A stretch of DNA of 60,849 nucleotides, counting the filler, from Vannella sp. (lineage: Eukaryota): the NCBI GenBank assembly GCA_023345925.1. It is 6 parts of 6 records of this genome, joined end to end, with 100 filler letters (N's around TTAATTAATTAA, not from the genome) between each part and the next. Parts side by side here need not be neighbours in the genome. Positions count along the whole stretch, not along the records: positions 1 to 6,326 come from JAJQQN010001145.1; positions 6,427 to 19,808 come from JAJQQN010000965.1; 4 more parts are not named here. One strand, written 5' to 3'. Positions within the stretch are counted from its first letter, which is position 1. Each line of letters starts with the position of its first letter. This document shows, piece by piece, positions 1-9,990 of the stretch. Position numbers and translations under genes: made by a program. The notes under the pieces were generated by a model. The model made no database searches. It saw only the letters and a program-made list of their open reading frames with translations, and was not told the DNA's origin.

Positions 1-237
1 CTGAAACTGGACTTGGTCAACGATGAACGTACTCTTGAGTGCCTTGCTGAGAGGAAGCAAGCTCCTGTTCAAAGCTGTCAGGGCCAAGAATTTGCTAAAG
101 AGATCAATGCAGCCAAGTATATCGAATGCTCTGCACTCACTCATAAGGGTATAAAAGCTTTTCTGCAAGACACAGCTGAGATTGCTGTTTTGCCACAAGA
201 AGCGATTGAAGAAACTCAGAAATGCCTCCTCATGTGA
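1..237 (+). CDS. Rho/Rac-family small GTPase, C-terminal fragment (5' truncated)
   Basis: LKLDL (G4-like) at window start, 'AKEINAAKYIECSALT' (G5) and a CaaX end CLLM*. Confidence 0.85.
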   Translation: MKLDLVNDERTLECLAERKQAPVQSCQGQEFAKEINAAKYIECSALTHKGIKAFLQDTAEIAVLPQEAIEETQKCLLM

Positions 238-371
238 ATCAGGCCTCCAAGAGACTTCTCTCCTTGCATTTCTGACAACACTATGGCTCCTTTCTGCGCC
301 CCATTGACCCTAATGAAGGCCTTTACCTTTTGATTCTCTTATCTATTTATCCAAGTTGCAGCTTTGGTCCA

Positions 372-1922
372 TCAATAGAAGGCGTAATTGACGCAGAAAT
401 CCCATTGTCTCACTCGATCCGTATCCTCTTTGATGAGGGGTTTGCAGAGATTCACTTCAATCCGTCCAATAGGGGATGCCCACACCAACCCTACACCAGC
501 AGACACTCGAGTATCTTGAACCAGGCGCTTCACAGTGGGTACAAAGTTTTCTGTTCAACATCAAGTTAGTGCCGTATTACTCAAGAAGGAGAACCTCCTC
601 GGGAAACCTCACGGCGATCGAGAAGTGTTGCTGAACCACAATTAGCAAAGGTATGGAGGAAAAGCGTATCAGGAATAGCTTCTGGAAGGGATGCGGTCAA
701 ATGAACTCCGCTTGCGTAAAAGAGCTCCCCACCGATCCTGTCGTCTTTTCATTCGCCAGTGTTAGAAAGCCGCCATCACAGGGAGAGACAGAGAGCCCTT
801 ACTCTTATGAATAGGGCCTACAGTTCTATTCAAGAAGCCTCTAAGAGGCATTGGTCCACCCAAGAAGAACCGATCACAAACAGAAGACTTTTTGTCTCTC
901 AGAGGGATCAAGATTCCTCCCCTAAAGAAAGTGTTCATCGACAGGAAACTGGATATCGGCCAGTTCACTTGAACATCCATCTGCTCCTTTAAAAAGTGCG
1001 TGTTTCCTCCCAATCCCGCCAACTCTGTCCGCTGAAGGCCCCGATTAGGCGAAATTCGATCGCTCCAGAGTCACCTACGAAGTTCACTGCTGCTCCCTCA
1101 AAGGGAACAACTGGGTTGTCCCGTCCATCCAGGGCAAAGTTATGAGCGATGGAGGACTTGACAGAAATTCCGCCATCGAGAACCACTTGGGAGTCAATTC
1201 GGCGCTTCAGATCCACATTGCGGATGGAAGCTTCATAGGTAAAGCTGTGCCCTTTCTTTGTATCCAGCGTTGCTGTCAGATTCAAGTTCTCCTGGCGGAA
1301 CGACGAGTTCTCGAGATGATCCTCGCGGTACCCTTTCAGTTCGACTCCCCAGCGCCTTACGAAGGGATGATTGAAAACAGGTACTGAGAGGTCTACATTG
1401 AGTGATTGGCTCAGTTGTCCAGCAAACAGCTGAAGCCCCAACTGCTCCAAACGGCCGCCAATGTTGTAATGCTTCACGTTGAAGTTCATTCCTCCATCAA
1501 AGCCTCGGAACTGGACCCCACCGCCTCCACCAAACATGCGGGTCTTCTCTTGAACAAAGAAGTTAGCGTCCACGTCGCCCTTCTGGAACAGGGAGCTTGG
1601 GCGGAGGGTTAGAACATGCGCGGGCCCTTTGGTCTTAAGCATCTGTTCCTCAGGTGTAGTGAAGAGCGTATCACACTTGGCGAAGATCCTATGCGAGAGC
1701 AGTGTTTGAGTAGCCAATGCAGATCGCTCCAGCACTTGGCCTGCAGTGGACGCCTCCACCAACCCAGCCTCGAACAAGATATCGCGAATCACCTCATCTG
1801 CTCCCTGTCAGAGCGCACTCTCCTATACTACACCACTCACGAGACACCCTCTTCGTCCCAAAGATCCGGATCTTGGCCACGTGCGCTTCCACATCGAACC
1901 GAAGAACCGTGTCCTCGTCCAT
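372..1922 (-). CDS. SAM50: Sam50/Omp85 mitochondrial outer-membrane beta-barrel assembly protein (spliced)
   Basis: POTRA-like N-terminus (KIRIFGTKRVSR), 'DGRDNPVVPFEG', 'DRFFLGGPMPLRGF', C-terminal 'RVSAGVGLVWASPIGRIEVN...WDFCVNYAFY*' joined across short GT-AG introns. Confidence 0.9.
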
Positions 1923-1943
1923 CCCTCCAAGCCCGAATGAGCC

Positions 1944-2006
1944 CGTTCTCGCTCTGATTCCTTCCACTTGGAGGCGTTCTCGCTCTGATTCCTTCCAGTT
2001 GGAGGC
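1944..2006. repeat. 31-bp tandem duplication upstream of SAM50
   Basis: CGTTCTCGCTCTGATTCCTTCCA(C/G)TTGGAGG twice, one mismatch. Confidence 0.85.
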
Positions 2007-2213
2007 TCTTCGGGTTCTCTCCTCTTTCCACTGCTCAAGAGCTCTCCAGGCACCCACCAGAGGGAACAGCGCTTTCTGAGACGCAAAACTCTTCTAGTTA
2101 GGTCCTGAGAGGATGAGGGAGGCTCTGTAGGCGGATGCAGTTCTATCTAGACGCAGGAAGGAGATGTATTGGAGCCAGGCGAACGGAACCAGGTTTAACC
2201 ACCGTTCCCCTCC

Positions 2214-2525
2214 TCAGGCAAGGGGAGGGCGATGGCGATCTTCTTTGCAGCCCTTTTGGTTCTTGACGGGACTCTTACAGCATCTCCACTCTGTAGAGCT
2301 GAAAGAAGCAGTGTTCCGCTTGATGTACTTGCCTGGATGGTAACAACATGCCGTAGGATTGTTCTCTGCTACCTTGTACACGCGCCGACAGCGACGGCAT
2401 TGCAGGAGAGCAAAAGGGTCTGATGTGTCTTCCTCTTCCTCATCCTCTGGCTCCTCCTTCTCTCCTGGCTCTGGACGATTGAACGGGGCGGCTTCCTCTC
2501 CCTCCTCGCCACAGCACCCAAACAT
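2214..2525 (-). CDS. Small single CHORD-like zinc-binding protein
   Basis: CxxC...CCYHPG...WRCC...GC....H pattern; acidic linker; N-terminal MFGCCG. Confidence 0.7.
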   Translation of the reverse strand: MFGCCGEEGEEAAPFNRPEPGEKEEPEDEEEEDTSDPFALLQCRRCRRVYKVAENNPTACCYHPGKYIKRNTASFSSTEWRCCKSPVKNQKGCKEDRHRPPLA

Positions 2526-2592
2526 GAAGAATGACCTCCCATGTGTTAGAGAGTGCTTGTGAGCGTCAGGAAGAAGCATTTGCGGGTTCCTG

Positions 2593-3533
2593 ATGCTCAG
2601 TAACGTGGTCCTTTGGGGCACGGGGCTGGTGGGGGTGACTGCATGTGCTCTGTACCTCTTCCAGGACTACTTGCTGTACTTTCCAACCATCCACAACTCG
2701 CGGAATCAGCTCGACAAGCCCTCAGGCTCGCTTGCGAACGTGTTTGAGGACCACTTCTTGAGGACGCCTGACGGGGTCACTGTGAACCTCTGGCTCTTCC
2801 GTCAGCCCTCGCAAGGAAGGCCTACGATACTCTTCTTTCATGGGAATGCTGGAAGTAAGTCTGTTGGCCTCTGGTTGGTCTCTAGCTCACTGAGGAGGGA
2901 GATATCGGACACCGGTTGCCTAATCTACGTCAGCTGTACCTTCGCCTGGGCTTCAATGTTGCGATCTTAGAGTACCGAGGGTGAGTCGTCACTTGATACC
3001 CTCTCTTCTTAGAATGGGAGCTCATGTGGAGCAGGTTCGGTCGGAGTACCGGTTGGCCTCGCCAAAGTGGTATTCTGGTCGATGCCAACACTGCATTGAC
3101 CTTCTTGAAGTCAGCTGAAGGAACAGGAGAGAGCCCTGTTATCCTCTTTGGTCGCTCCCTTGGTGGAGCGGTGGCGATCCACCTTGCTGTTGAAAGGGAG
3201 GCTGACCTGGCGGCTGTCATTGTCGAGAACTCATTCACAAGCATTGGAGACATGATTGATGTCCTTATGCGTTATCTGAGCTGGGCCAAGGTCCTTGTAG
3301 CCAACCCTTGGCGGTCGGTCGATATCATCGGCCCGCTGAATCTCCCGATTCTCTTTATTTCCTCCACCAGGGACGAGCTAGTCCCCGCCAGCATGATGCA
3401 ACGTCTTTGGAGGACCTGTAAGTCGAGTGCCAAAGGCCTCTTAGAGTACCCTTCGCATCATATGGACGCTTGGATGGAACCCACCTACTTCGAGGACATC
3501 CAGACCTGGTGCTCCTCCCACGGCCTCCATTAA
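2593..3533 (+). CDS. ABHD13: ABHD13/Bem46-like alpha/beta hydrolase (2 introns)
   Basis: N-terminal TM, QDYLLYFP, FHGNAGNIGHR and EYRGFGRS restored by splicing, GRSLGG nucleophile, ENSFTSI. Confidence 0.88.
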
Positions 3534-3974
3534 AGTTGCCTATAACGAACAAGAACCTCCCTCCCAACAGGCTCCTCTTTTTGATAACGAACCGTTCACT
3601 TGAAGGAGAACTAATCTCGAAGTGAAATAGCTGAGGACCTCATTCAACCTATTCGTTGGCTGCTTACCTGTTATAGGGCAATGATTTGGTCTTCTATCCT
3701 TGTCCTGGAGTATTGAGAGTGCTTCCGGAAGGACATCTTTGTAGACTCTTTCGGCTTGTCTACGATTGAAAGACTGATTTTGAGAATCCATCAATGTTGT
3801 GACAGGTTCAAGATGCCTATCATGGGAGAGTGCCTTTTAGGTGAAGATAATGAAGACTCAGTGACCTTGAATGCCGGTATTCTACGTCCACCCTCGTATT
3901 GATTGAATCTCATCTTGATGAGGTTAGAAGGCACTTTATTGTTGCGTTCGACCCAGTCTCTTCTTTTGCTCACA

Positions 3975-6251
3975 TTAAAAGGGCTCAGTTGCTGCTCTGA
4001 CGCTTTGGAGGATCTCCTCAATGCGTTTGCGATAGTCCGCATCCTCGCACTGAATTTCCTTGGATTTGAGGTTGATAGTGGCCTTGGCACCGCCTTCAAG
4101 ATCAATTGTGATCACACGAGAGCGCTCATCGAGATGAACCTCGTTAAAGTGACGCCGGAGGAAGCAGCAAATCGTTTGAGCTTGATCCATGGCGTTGGGG
4201 CAGCAGCTCTCCATGAGTGTATGGGTCGCTGGATTCACCTCAATCTGCAAGATGAGAGACACAATCGAGTCCGCTAGCATGTCATTCACAGGGTCACATT
4301 GCCACTCCACATGCAGGTACTTTCCCTTCTTCGCGTCATAAAGCACATAAACTGATTCACTCACGAAGAGAGCCTCAGGGAACTTTTTGTGCTCTTTCTT
4401 CTCGACGCTATCATACATGGCACTCAGGCAAGCCGAAAGCAGTTTGAATGGGTGGCGGAAAGGAACTAATGGAACGTAAGAATCTCCATATCGGCGAGGA
4501 TCAGTCAGAGAACTTACCTCGCTGGCTTTGAGAGACTTTCACTGTAGTTAAGTTAGAATACGCAGCAATGTCATCGACAGAGATAAGAGAATGCTTGAAT
4601 CCCTTCTCCACGAGGATGCCCGAGATGACTTGACCCTCCTGGAGACCATTCCTGGCCAGATCTCCAATCACCACCGCTCTACTCTCAGATTTGAACTCGA
4701 TAGCGACAGTCTCAGTATTGGGCGGCGTGTAAATGGCGCACTTTCGCCCATTCCTGACAAACTGCTCCTCGAGATCTCTCTTCAGGTGAGCCATTTCATT
4801 GGCCTCTCCGTGAACGAGCACAATGTGAGGGGGTTGAAGAATGTCAATAAACTCTTTTGTCTGTTGACTGTCAGAGTGGGCTGAGAAAGAAACGTATCCG
4901 ACAGACATCTTCAACTGAAGAGTCTCCCCAGTCAATGACTGGATGGCCTTGGGCGAGTTGAGAATAGTCTTTGCAAGTGTTCCTTCAACGCTGTAACCTG
5001 GAATGATAACGCTGTTCTTTGGGTTTTCACACCACTTCTCCATCAACTCTCGACTTAGACCGTTCTGGAGCATGCCAGGACTAGCTAAGACAACACAAGG
5101 TCCCGAATCTACAAACTTGTCAATCCCAGTGAGCTTCTTGATATGGCGGAAGTCAAAAGGATTGCCGATCTTGCTAGACTCGATAATCTTCTCGTTCATC
5201 ATGTTGGTGTAAGCCTGGAAGACCTGCATGCAACGGGCCGCTAGCGGGGAAGCATAGTAGATCTGAGTCGAATGCATGTCCTTGTTGGCCCGCCAGTACT
5301 CTTCCAGGATCAGCATGAGCTCTTGGGCACTTCCCAGAGCAAAAACTGGTATCAAGCAACGCCCTCCGCTCTTCACTGTCCGCGTCACAAAGTCTAAGAA
5401 CCGTGCTTCTCTCGCCTGATACAAGTAAGAACCCGGCTAACACGCCATGAGCACTTACCTGTCGAGGTTCGTGATCCTGACTTCCGTAAGTGCTCTCAAC
5501 GATGAGCACGTCTGGCTTTTGAGAAGGAATCTCTGCTCCCATCAAGTGGCGGCTCTCCTCACGCGAGTAGTCGCCCGTGTAAAGGATGTGAACTCCCGCA
5601 ATCTCGATCATGAACATAGCGGCGCCCAAAACGTGCCCAGCGTTGTAGCACCAGAAGCGAATGCCATCCACGTTGATCTCCTGATGATAGTTGATGGGTT
5701 CTATCTTGTCCATGGTGCACTCCAGGTCGTTCTCGTCGTACAGCGGATCGCTGATCGCAATATTACTGACTTTGACGTAGTCTGACAGGATCAGCTTGTA
5801 GATAGGCTTCGTAGGATGGGTCATGAACACGCGGCCTCGGAAATCCGTCTGGAAGTAGCATGTAAGCGGGGATGAGGGAGGCTGGGAACGAGTTCACCTT
5901 TTGCATGAAGTAAGGGAGAGCTGCACAATGATCAAGGTGGAAGCTTAAGTGATGTCATGAGTTTGCTGTGTTTGAGAGGAGAGTGGTAACTCACTGGCTG
6001 ATGAGGAGGAGGTCAATACTGCTCGGATCAATTTCATCAAAGAAGGGAAGTCCCACGATCCCATGGCGTCCAGGATGAACACCACAATCAAGCTTTTCAG
6101 TAGTAAGACATCAACCCGAAGAGGGGACTAGGAGGCCTACCATGATGTTCTTCTTCTTGAACGAAAGAACGATGCATGAACGACCGACTTCGTTCCCCGC
6201 TCCAAGAGGAGTGATCCTCAACACGTCTCCTTGTGGAGTAGGAATCTCCAT
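3975..6251 (-). CDS. CPSF3: CPSF73/Ysh1 pre-mRNA 3'-end endonuclease (multi-exon; a short upstream exon is possible)
   Basis: [60 protein letters not shown]-terminal EW....NDMLAD. Confidence 0.95.
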
Positions 6252-6326
6252 AGCTCGTCTCTTTTGCCCTGCAAATGACTGCGAGTGAAGGCGGAACGGT
6301 GCATCTGCCCCGCCAGTCTCTCGAGC

Positions 6327-6426
6327 NNNNNNNNNNNNNNNNNNNNNNNNNNNNNNNNNNNNNNNNNNNNTTAATTAATTAANNNNNNNNNNNNNNNNNN
6401 NNNNNNNNNNNNNNNNNNNNNNNNNN
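6327..6426. other. Artificial contig spacer
   Basis: N44-TTAATTAATTAA-N44. Confidence 0.98.
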
Positions 6427-6443
6427 TTGGGGGAATGCTCCAG

Positions 6444-8249
6444 TGGGTAAGTCCAATAGACGGGAGTAGGACATCCAAGCGGGAAATGAGGAGCTTTTGG
6501 AAGCCAGCATAGCTGACCTACCAAACTCACCAGAAGGTGGCTTGGATGCCGCCTTCTGTGATCTTTCCTAACTTGGATTAGACCTTCCTCACATATGCCT
6601 CCAGCACGGGGAATAGTGACGCCGTCAACTACTTGCTTTCGCTGCCCGAGATCGACGTTAATGAGGTGTGTTCTCCTCCCTCTGAAATTCTGATCATGAC
6701 CGCGTTCCTTCAGGGAGTAAGGCACAAGTATTATCTCCTTTCCTTCGGATCCTTCTTGGAGGCTCTCATTCGATCGATCAGTCAGGCGGTAGTCATCCCT
6801 AATAACCGGATGTTGTCTCACTGATCTGCCTTAAACGGTTTCTTTTGATGAAGGAGGGAGAAGGAAAGAAAACTCACCTTTTGGGGATGTTATAGTATGT
6901 ATGTGACCAATCCATCAGATCCTTCAAAACTTGAGAAAGGAAGGACAGTTGTGCAGAAGAAAAAAGAAGGAGAAGAATTCACCATACTGGGGATGCTTTA
7001 GGACGTAAGCGACTAATCCATCATCCCCTTTTTAAGTTACTGCAGAGGGAGAAAGTCTCACCTTTTGGGATACTTCAGGATGTACGTGGCTGATTCATCA
7101 GAGAAGAAGAGGCAAACCCTTCTCACTTTTGGGAATAGATCTGGCCTTTGGATCATGCTGTCGATGGCAACCATCCAGATATCATCAGGTTGCTCATAGA
7201 AGCGGGAGGAAGGTGCCATCATTATGATGTACGTTAAAGATGAGAATGACAGTCTCTCACCGTTGAGATAATAGCGTAGACGCCAACTGGACCTTTACTT
7301 GGCAGGCAATCCATTTGCGTTGTGCAAACCCGTCGAAGGAATCATACAGGATGTGCTGGAGGTTGATGCTCGTGTGGCTAAACTCATGACTTCAGCAGCC
7401 CACCTGAAGAAAGGGGAGCTGAAGCAGTGGTTCGTGGATGGCCGATTGCCGTGTTCCTCATCTCTGCAGCCTTTCTGGGAGCCAATCCTCTTAAGATTGG
7501 ATCATTTCGACGAGGCATTAGCCAACAAGATGGATGCTCTCGCCACAGAGCAGCAGGAGAGAGAGAAAGCCTCCCAAGATGCAAATCTGATCCAGCAGAA
7601 GATCTATGATCTCCGCTCCCAACTTTCCGAGTTCGAAAAGAAGGAGCGTATCCACGCACAAAATCTGAAGACTCTGGAGAAAGAGCTGGAGGACTACCTG
7701 CGGCTGGATGTTGGCTCTTTGAAGGCCTTTGCTCAATCTGCTTCGGAGATGGAGAAGGAGTTAGTCTCTCAACTTGAAGCCCAGCTTGCGAAGGACAAAA
7801 GAGGTCTCTTTGCTTTGGACGAACAAGGCAGCCCGAAACTTGCTTTGTTGCTAAACTGCTTCGGCGCTAATGCAGAGACCATCAAAGCGGTCCGACATCT
7901 CAACAGCAATGGATTGATTTCTCAGGGAGAGGACGCCTTAACATCGTGGGTTCTCCGTGGGCTCCCAAGAGACCAACAGATTGTGGTTCTTTATACTCGA
8001 GAGCGCCTTCAAAAGGGGAAGTTCCCATTTTGGTTGCACGACTGCGCTCTTTGCGACTGTGAAACAGCCGAAGAGATGGCCAGCTTTTTGAATGAGAACG
8101 GACTTACGCAGGTGACTGCTGACACCATCTCCCAGACAGGTGCTTCTGGACGAGGAGCGCTGCTATTCCTCACTATCCAGGACCTTCAATTGGGAACAAA
8201 GGATCAAAAGGCATTAATGATGTCTCGTCAATATCACCGCGAGAACTAA
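6444..8249 (+). CDS. Ankyrin-repeat / coiled-coil / SAM-like protein whose hairpin loops are built from 3-nt micro-exons (5' truncated)
   Basis: Phase-0 exons 6444-6446 (W), 6534-6536 (K), 6582-6665 (TFLTYASSTGNSDAVNYLLSLPEIDVNE), 6714-6716 (G), 6786-6788 (A), 6896-6898 (Y), 7002-7004 (D), 7079-7081 (D), 7139-7228 (IWPLDHAVDGNHPDIIRLLIEAGGRCHHYD) and 7275-8249. Internal exons are flanked by AG and GT, mostly with an upstream CTRAC/YTCAY-type branch point. Confidence 0.75.
6873..7138 (+). repeat. Degenerate repeated intron/micro-exon cassettes (3 full, 1 partial; related fragment at 6427-6452)
   Basis: Shared pattern YTCACC..(T)TGGG(G)AT..TY.AG|NNN|GTA.G.G.C.RATYCATCA at about 6873, 6978 and 7057; the 3' splice-site half recurs at 7122-7138. 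Confidence 0.85.
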
Positions 8250-8795
8250 CTACACCCACGCCTGTTGACTGAAAGTTGCTCTTGATATTGACTCAGGAGC
8301 ACTGCAGGATCCTAGAATCTGATAAAGTCACACACACTGGAGTAAACGGAAGAAAAAGAATGGTCTGTAGGATTCATTGGCAAAGCAGTGTTCACAAGCC
8401 CTGCCTGAAAGATCCATAGTCAGACTAGGGATGAATCAGAAACAATGGGCTACCTCAAACTTCAGTGAGGTTCTAACAGGTGATTGAAAGGTGACATGTG
8501 ACAGGTGTCAAGTAAAGTGCTAGTGATCTCACCACCAGAGTGACCCAGTCAGTTCTGGGAGGACTAAGGTTGAAAGTCTACAACCATCTCAAGGTGGAGT
8601 TTGCCCGAGGACAAGCATGGCCCACGTATCCACTCCGGCCTCCTTGGGCAAGAAGGAGGAAGCGGTTTTCCACAAAAAAAGACTAAATGTTCGAACGCTC
8701 GAAAAAGTGAAACAGTGGAATCACGTTTAAATCACTTTGGGATAGCTCAAGATCGAATTGGGAATAGAAAGTCATTTTTCGGTTCCCTGAGGGAT

Positions 8796-9571
8796 ATGGA
8801 GGACCCCAACTTTGCGGTTCTTGATGTTGAGGTTGATAACGAGGGCTGCCGTGGGTGGCTCATGAAAGTACCAGATGTGGTAGGCTCTCATTGGAAGCAA
8901 GCAAAGAAGGGAACGGTACTCGCCACTATCAAGAAGGAGAAGGGCAAAAGGATGATCTCTATCCCTCTGTCTCAGTTCACGAACGTGCCATCAGATGACT
9001 TTCAGTGTGAGCTGACTGAGAGACCACTGGAAAAACGAAAGCTCTTCATTCGCCACCCCGACGACAGGGTCTCGTTTGAAGCCTCCCCCAACATCGAAGC
9101 TCGCTTGAACCTCTCTCCCGCCCAGAGCAAGGCCCTCTTTGAAGTATCTTCACGCATTCAGAGAGAGAAAGAAGTGGCCGCTCCCAAGTCAGAGTACATG
9201 GAGAACACCCCGGTAAAGTGCTCTTCAAGAAGGGAGATTCTGGGCACTCACACTCGTAGCAGCTCAAAGCAAAGCATGCCCAGCTGGTTAAAGATGCCAA
9301 GGTTGTTTTCAGAGCGGAAAAGATGGAAGCGGGCATCCTTCGAGAACGTCTCTTCGCCCTCTTTCGCGAAGAGACTTGTTGGACCAAGACTGCTTTGGCG
9401 CATAGGCTCGGTCAGTCGGAGGTGAGGCTTAGAAACGTGCTTTGTGTATGCTAACATGGTCACAAGGCCCACATTTCTTCTGTTCTCGAAAAGATTGCCC
9501 AAAAACGCACCGAACCTCCCAATCGCAATTCTTGGGAACTCATAGCCAAGTTCCTCAAATCAGAGTACTAA
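8796..9571 (+). CDS. GTF2F2: TFIIF beta subunit (RAP30/Tfg2), 2 introns
   Basis: N-terminal 'GWLMKVPDVVGSHW'; spliced winged-helix 'LRERLFALFREETCWTKTALAHRLGQSE|AHISSVLEKIA...PPNRNSWELIAKF'. Confidence 0.8.
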
Positions 9572-9990
9572 CTGAATCCACTGATTCTGTTGTCGACAGA
9601 CCTTTGATTGAAAGGCCCCTCTTCACTCAAGAATCCTCTCATTCCACTGTTAAACAAGTTATCCACTCAACTATGATCCTTCCGCCATTCTTGTGGACTC
9701 CAGTGACTCAAAAGGACTGCTGGGAAAACTCTCTGATTGGCCCTCAAAGAGCGGGAAGGAGGATATGTTATCAAACGACAATCTGCCTGCCTTCATTTCT
9801 AAAGATCTGGGACAGAAAACCTGTTTGAAGATGACTTTAACATGACACTAGCACTGCAAATTCATCCTTGAGTCGAAAGCAGAAAACTTTGCCTGTATTT
9901 ATCAGTGACCACGTTAGCTACCTCGATCACCTTGACCTAGATAAGAGAGAATGTCAATTATGGGAATCGAGAAATAACAGAAAAATATTC

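Noticed and set aside
3540..3960. Minus-strand ORF with CPITG (YL1_C-like) downstream of CPSF3
   Set aside because: Could not build a coherent spliced model; the motif is too short to support a call.
6327..6426. TTAATTAATTAA palindrome flanked by N runs (five copies in the window)
   Set aside because: Artificial all-frame-stop contig linker, not biology; cross-spacer adjacency was ignored.
6470..6536. Alternative 67-nt exon reading DIQAGNEELLEASIADLPNSPE
   Set aside because: It ends in phase 1 and would frameshift the next ankyrin exon, and it needs a 23-nt upstream intron; the 3-nt AAG exon fits better.
6873..7138. Spaced repeats as a possible CRISPR-like array
   Set aside because: Repeats are degenerate, spacing is irregular, there are no cas genes, and units coincide with branch point/AG/GT splice signals.
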